DNA of 64,000 bases from positions 608,001-672,000 of the forward strand of contig CAWDTA010000005.1 of NCBI GenBank assembly GCA_963805085.1, given 5' to 3'. The notes under the pieces were generated by a model. The model saw only the letters and a list, made by a program, of their open reading frames with translations. It was not told where the DNA came from and searched no databases. The translations under genes were made by a program, and so were the position numbers. Shown here piece by piece: positions 59,153 through 64,000 of this stretch (the first letter of the stretch is position 1; each line of letters opens with the position of its first letter). This DNA is from an uncultured Veillonellaceae bacterium (lineage in GTDB: Bacteria; Bacillota; Negativicutes; JARBTT01).

Positions 59153-59593
59153 ATGGAGCTAGTATTTGCAATCATTGCTTTTGTTGTATTTAGTGTGATA
59201 ACGGATGCGATTGAAGGCAAGAAAAAGAAAAGGCAACAATCTGAATTGCCGGATACTAAATCGAAAATAAAGATAAAAGTTGGCGCACAAGAAAAACGAC
59301 CAGAAATTATTCTTCCGCCAATCAAAGGTGCCCCAACCATGCAATCGGATAAGTCAATTGTTTATGCTGAAGCAGCAATGGTAGTGAAAACGAAACCAAT
59401 AGAAAAAATAAAAAAATCGGAAAAGGTGAACAATCAGCCGTTAGAAACGGAAGTAAAACCAGTCAATCCAGTTGTTATTCAGCCCGAAGTAATTCTTAGC
59501 GCAGTCTGTTATGCGCAAATATTACAACCACCCAAGGCGTATCAATATATGGCAACACGCTCCTGTCAGAGCGATTGGAACAATGCGAAATAA
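59153..59593 (+). CDS. hypothetical membrane-anchored protein (YqfB-like position)
   Basis: N-terminal TM, C-terminal AQILQPPKA motif; follows floA. Confidence 0.7.
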   Translation: MELVFAIIAFVVFSVITDAIEGKKKKRQQSELPDTKSKIKIKVGAQEKRPEIILPPIKGAPTMQSDKSIVYAEAAMVVKTKPIEKIKKSEKVNNQPLETEVKPVNPVVIQPEVILSAVCYAQILQPPKAYQYMATRSCQSDWNNAK

Positions 59594-59649
59594 TCGTTGT
59601 TAGACGGAGAACTAGGTAACTACAATATGTGGTGACCTAGTTCTTTTTT

Positions 59650-59678
59650 GTTATAGGTTAGTTGCTTCTGCATACATA
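59650..59678 (+). promoter_or_regulatory. putative sigmaE-type promoter before yqfC
   Basis: ATA-N15-CATACAT. Confidence 0.55.
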
Positions 59679-59699
59679 TAGTATGAAGGGGTGAGGTAA

Positions 59700-59972
59700 A
59701 TGCGTAGACGAAGTAAATTGGCGCGATTGGCTAAGGCTTTGGATTTGCCAGATGATATTGTTCTCGATTTGCCAAGAATTACAATGCTTGGCAATCAACA
59801 ACTCTTAATTGAAAATCATCGGGGCATTATTGAATACACCTCTTCTTGTATTAAAATCAATTTAAATCAAGGCTGTTTATGTGTACGGGGCGAAAAGTTG
59901 ACGTTAGGACATCTACAAAAAGAGCAAATTTTAATTGAAGGAATGGTGGGGGAGCTAAAGTATGACACATAA
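59700..59972 (+). CDS. yqfC: sporulation protein YqfC
   Basis: LDLPDDIVLDLPRIT, IENHRGIIEY. Confidence 0.92.
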   Translation: MRRRSKLARLAKALDLPDDIVLDLPRITMLGNQQLLIENHRGIIEYTSSCIKINLNQGCLCVRGEKLTLGHLQKEQILIEGMVGELKYDT

Positions 59973-61134
59973 AATTTCTAGCTATATCAATGGCGCGGTG
60001 AAAATAAAGGTTCAAGGTGAAAACCAAGAACGTTTTATCAATCTTTGTATTTCTAAGCAAATGCAATTGTGGGGCGTGAGGAAGCTAGAAGATAGTTTAT
60101 TTATTTGGTTATCATTACATGATTTTTTTCATATTCGTGGTGCTGTAAGGAAAGCCAAGGTAAAAGTATTTGTTGTAAATTCCTATGGTTTACCTTTCTT
60201 TTTTAAACGGTTAAAGCGTCGCAAAATATTACTTTATGGTGCGATTGTTTTTCTTATTGCAATTTATATTTTGAGCGGTTATATTTGGTTTATTGACATT
60301 GTTGGTTTGAAAAATATTCCTCAAGAAAAAATTAATCGGATGATAGAGGCAAATGGTTTGCGTATTGGGGCTAGTCAGGATGAAATAGATACTAAAAATT
60401 TAGAAAAAGAAATTTTATTATCGGTACCTGACGTTGCTTGGGTGGAAATTCATTTTACTGGAACGAGAGCGGTAGTGGAAATTGTTGAAAAAGTAGTAGC
60501 GCCATCGGAGGATAAATCACCGGGGGATTTGATTGCTGATAAGGCAGGAACGATTACGGAATGTATCACCATTATGGGGGAAAGTAAAGTTAAAGTTGGT
60601 GATAAGGTTCAAGTTGGTGATGTATTACTTAAGGGAATTGGGAAAAATAATGAAGAAATACGAGCAAAAGGAATCGTGAAAGCACATGTAGAATATGAAA
60701 GTTTTGGTGAATCATTATTAGAAGAACAACACTATACCTTGACGGGTAACCAGAAATTTGGCGTAAAAATAAATTTTTGTGGACAAATGATTGAATTAAA
60801 TCAAGTGAATTTAGCTGATTTTCCAGCTTTTGAGCATGAGGTTATTGTTAAAAGCATTCCTCGGTGGAGGAATAGTGACTTCGTTGTCGAAACTATTATA
60901 GATGTTTATCATGAATTAGAAGTTGATACGATTGCGATAGATGAAATAGAAGCAAAGAAAATTGCCATGCGAGAAGCGTTGTTGGAAAATAAATTACAAA
61001 TTCCGCCGGATGCTTATGTTATAGCCCAGGACCTTACTGTAATTGATACGGAAGACTCAAATTTAATTCGGGTAAAGTTGACGATAGAAACAGAAGAGTT
61101 GATTGGTATGTATAATCAATATAATAAGGAGTAA
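59962..61134 (+). CDS. yqfD: sporulation protein YqfD
   Basis: ERFINLC, GLPF, TM then POTRA-like region, GDKVQVGDVL; overlaps yqfC. Confidence 0.9.
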   Translation: MTHKISSYINGAVKIKVQGENQERFINLCISKQMQLWGVRKLEDSLFIWLSLHDFFHIRGAVRKAKVKVFVVNSYGLPFFFKRLKRRKILLYGAIVFLIAIYILSGYIWFIDIVGLKNIPQEKINRMIEANGLRIGASQDEIDTKNLEKEILLSVPDVAWVEIHFTGTRAVVEIVEKVVAPSEDKSPGDLIADKAGTITECITIMGESKVKVGDKVQVGDVLLKGIGKNNEEIRAKGIVKAHVEYESFGESLLEEQHYTLTGNQKFGVKINFCGQMIELNQVNLADFPAFEHEVIVKSIPRWRNSDFVVETIIDVYHELEVDTIAIDEIEAKKIAMREALLENKLQIPPDAYVIAQDLTVIDTEDSNLIRVKLTIETEELIGMYNQYNKE

Positions 61135-61146
61135 GGAGGCTGAGTT

Positions 61147-62130
61147 TTGCAGGAGATTGCAGAAAAAAGGTTTAGTTTAGAAGATAAAAAAACAGCATTA
61201 GCATTGCTGGGTCATAATGACGAATACTTCAATGCTTTTTGTAAAGAATTTCATTGCCAAATCACGAGTCGTGGTGATGAAATTATGATAAAAGGAGAAT
61301 CTAGTGAAGTTATAAAGGTAGAAAAAGTCTTGCAAGAATTATTGTTTTTGCATAAACAAGGCAATACAATTACGATGCATGAAGTGCGCTATAGTATTGA
61401 TTTAGTGAATAAAGGCAAGGGCGACTCATTACATCATTTGTTTAGTGACGTTATCTTAGTTACAGCGAAGGGCCGGCAAGTAAAACCAAAAACTTTAGGG
61501 CAGCGTGTTTATTTAGATGCGATTAAGCAAAATTATATTACATTGGGAATAGGTCCTGCTGGAACAGGGAAAACTTATCTTGCTGTTGTTATGGCTGTGG
61601 CGGCACTTCGTAATAAAGAAGTGGAACGGATTGTTTTAACTAGGCCGGCAGTTGAAGCTGGAGAAAGATTAGGCTTTTTACCAGGTGATTTACAAGATAA
61701 AGTCGATCCTTATCTAAGGCCATTATATGATGCGTTATATGATATTCTAGGATTGGAAACATTTCAAAAATTTATGTCCAAAAATATCATTGAGGTAGCG
61801 CCGCTCGCTTATATGCGTGGGCGTACGCTCGACGATTCTTTTGTTATTTTAGATGAAGCACAAAATACCACAGCGCAGCAGATGAAGATGTTTCTAACAA
61901 GGCTAGGATTTGGCTCCAAGATGGTAGTAACTGGTGATTTAACGCAAACAGACTTACCACGAGGTGTATTATCTGGACTGGCGGAAGCGCAAGCTGTGCT
62001 GGCGAATGTGGAAGGAATTCAATGTATTCATCTTGAAGCTGGTGACGTTATTCGTCACGAAGTGGTAGGAAGAATTGTTCGGGCTTATGATTTGTATGGG
62101 CAAAAAAATGCAATGCAAACTGAAAAGTAA
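61147..62130 (+). CDS. phoH: PhoH-like ATPase
   Basis: GPAGTGKTY, RPAVEAGE, LAYMRGRTL, DEAQN. Confidence 0.95.
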   Translation: MQEIAEKRFSLEDKKTALALLGHNDEYFNAFCKEFHCQITSRGDEIMIKGESSEVIKVEKVLQELLFLHKQGNTITMHEVRYSIDLVNKGKGDSLHHLFSDVILVTAKGRQVKPKTLGQRVYLDAIKQNYITLGIGPAGTGKTYLAVVMAVAALRNKEVERIVLTRPAVEAGERLGFLPGDLQDKVDPYLRPLYDALYDILGLETFQKFMSKNIIEVAPLAYMRGRTLDDSFVILDEAQNTTAQQMKMFLTRLGFGSKMVVTGDLTQTDLPRGVLSGLAEAQAVLANVEGIQCIHLEAGDVIRHEVVGRIVRAYDLYGQKNAMQTEK

Positions 62131-62145
62131 GGCAGGTGTATTTAA

Positions 62146-64000
62146 TTGAAATCAATAGGTAGACGCTTGCAGCTGTTTTTGTTCAAACAGGAACGACTGC
62201 ATACAAAACCTGCAACAAGGCGGATGGTTCTTGGCGTAGTGTTTTTGTTTTTGTTTTTGGTGGTACTGTCTGTTGATATTAGTTCAGATAAAGTAGATGT
62301 TGAAGAAGGAACAGTAAGTGACCGTGATATTATTGCAACACGTACGGTATCCTATATTGATACAGCGAAAACAAAAAAATTAGAAGAAGAGGTTGTGGCT
62401 AGTGTCACGCCTGTCTACGATTTGGATGTTGCTGTACAAGGTAGAGCGGAAGATGAAGTAAATAATATTTTTAATGCTTTAAAAGCTGCAGAAGGTCCCG
62501 GTACTTTGGCTACAAATGCTAAACCATCGACTGATGAGGTGAAACAAAAGCTTTTAACAAATTTACAGTACTTAAATTTCAATGAGGAAACATTAAATGC
62601 TTTAACCGGCTTGGATGCTACTGAACTATCTCAGGCAAAGGATAATACTTTGGCATTTTTAAGACGCTATTTACAACGTGGTGTGCATGGTGATGAAGTA
62701 GCAACTACTAAAAAGTATATAGCTATTGAAATTGATGAGCTCAATATGAGTGATCATGCTAAAGTTGTGGTGGAGCATTTAGTTAATAAATTATTGATGC
62801 CCAATGTTATATTAAATGTGAAAGAAACTGAAAAACGTAAAAAAACAGCAGTAGCAAGTGTAGAATCTGTACGAGAAACGATTCGTAAGGGACAAGTTAT
62901 TGTTAGACGTGGGGATGTTATAACGGCGGCGCAAATCAATATGATGGACGAAGTTGGCCTACATAAGGGACAAGTAAATGAATACCATATCTTAGGACTA
63001 ACTATTTTTGTAATCGTTGTGATGTCAATTTTATTGATGTTCATCTATAAGTTTGAGCATCCGATTTATGTAAAAGATTTATTGTTAGTACTGCTTGGTC
63101 TGATTATGATTATTGCTTTATGCCTAGCTAAGGTTGCCAGCTATTATTCCTATTTTGCTGGACCAATTGCCACAGGAGCATTACTTACGGCAATTTTGAT
63201 TCATCCGCGTGTTGGTATGGTGGCTAGCCTAGCACTTGCTATGTTGTTTGGTGTGGTTGTTGACTATGATTTACGAGCGGTAGCGGCGGCCTTACTTGGT
63301 AGTACGGTTGGGGCTTATAATGTAGCCAAGCTAGCGCATGGTTATAGCTTGACCACGACTGGAATTTTGATTGCGGTTGTAAACTTCTTAGTAATTGGTG
63401 CAACTGGGCTGATGATGCAAATAGAATCTTCGGAACTGATGTTACAGTGTCTCCTTGGTGTTGCGAATGGAATTGGCTCTGCAATTATTACGACAGGGAT
63501 TTTACCATATTTAGAACATGCTTTTAATATTACGACACCTATTAAATTGTTGGAGCTTGGGCAGTCAAATCATCCACTGATGCAACGACTTTTACTAGAA
63601 GCACCAGGTACGTATCATCATAGTGTGTTACTGGGCAACTTAGCAGAAGCAGCAGCTGATGTGATCGGCGCTGATCCAGTGACCGTTAGGGTAGGAGCGT
63701 ATTATCATGATATTGGTAAGATTAAGCGACCATACTTTTTCGTAGAAAATCAATTTGGTGGAGAAAATCCTCATGATAAAATTGCACCGACGTTAAGTAC
63801 TTTGATTGTGACGTCTCATGTCAAAGATGGGCTAGAGCTGTGCCGTGAATATAAGTTGCCAAGCATTATTTCTGATATTGTAGTCCAACATCATGGCACT
63901 TTGCTTGCTTCTTATTTTTATCATCGAGCGACAGAGGGCGACCATAGCGAATGTATCATTGAATCAGATTTTCGTTATGAAGGGCCGAAGCCGCAAACAA
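62146..64000 (+). CDS. pgpH: 7TM-HD family c-di-AMP phosphodiesterase PgpH/YqfF-like, truncated at window end
   Basis: TTG after AGGTG; extracellular domain, TM block, APGTYHHS, YYHDIGK, HHGT, FRYEGPKPQ. Confidence 0.9.
   Translation, partial: MKSIGRRLQLFLFKQERLHTKPATRRMVLGVVFLFLFLVVLSVDISSDKVDVEEGTVSDRDIIATRTVSYIDTAKTKKLEEEVVASVTPVYDLDVAVQGRAEDEVNNIFNALKAAEGPGTLATNAKPSTDEVKQKLLTNLQYLNFNEETLNALTGLDATELSQAKDNTLAFLRRYLQRGVHGDEVATTKKYIAIEIDELNMSDHAKVVVEHLVNKLLMPNVILNVKETEKRKKTAVASVESVRETIRKGQVIVRRGDVITAAQINMMDEVGLHKGQVNEYHILGLTIFVIVVMSILLMFIYKFEHPIYVKDLLLVLLGLIMIIALCLAKVASYYSYFAGPIATGALLTAILIHPRVGMVASLALAMLFGVVVDYDLRAVAAALLGSTVGAYNVAKLAHGYSLTTTGILIAVVNFLVIGATGLMMQIESSELMLQCLLGVANGIGSAIITTGILPYLEHAFNITTPIKLLELGQSNHPLMQRLLLEAPGTYHHSVLLGNLAEAAADVIGADPVTVRVGAYYHDIGKIKRPYFFVENQFGGENPHDKIAPTLSTLIVTSHVKDGLELCREYKLPSIISDIVVQHHGTLLASYFYHRATEGDHSECIIESDFRYEGPKPQT

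Overview
Mostly core chromosome of a low-GC, endospore-forming diderm Firmicute (Negativicutes-like, inferred from sporulation genes plus a GT9 LPS heptosyltransferase). Order: radC-mreBCD-mrdA-minCDE-rodA-spoIVFA/B; radical SAM pair-rng; rplU-prp-rpmA-spo0B-like-obg-yhbY-proBA; nadD-RRM-yqeK-LCP-rsfS-cvfB-cheV; tRNA Thr/Tyr/Met (minus strand); glpP, lgt, T-box-leuS, tkt; a ~1 kb accessory islet; GT9, PHP, comEA-comEC-holA, rpsT, gpr-spoIIP, lepA-hemW; CIRCE-hrcA-thermosome-like chaperonin-grpE-dnaK-dnaJ-prmA-rsmE-mtaB; HIT, rpsU-yqeY, nfeD-floA, yqfCD-phoH-pgpH. The most unusual element is the islet at ~33140-34120. It looks like a self-contained, antisense-RNA-controlled transcription attenuator: sense promoter, ~265-nt leader with mutually exclusive antiterminator/terminator, and a ~94-nt counter-transcript with its own consensus promoter. 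It sits in front of one or two genes of unknown function, next to a compositionally alien tkt gene. Other highlights are a group III-type chaperonin inside the dnaK operon, nine sigmaH-type promoter motifs (one before comEA), a minimal Spo0B, and an LCP with Arg-to-Cys changes. No CRISPR array, integrase or transposase was seen. All calls come from reading the sequence by eye; no database searches were run.
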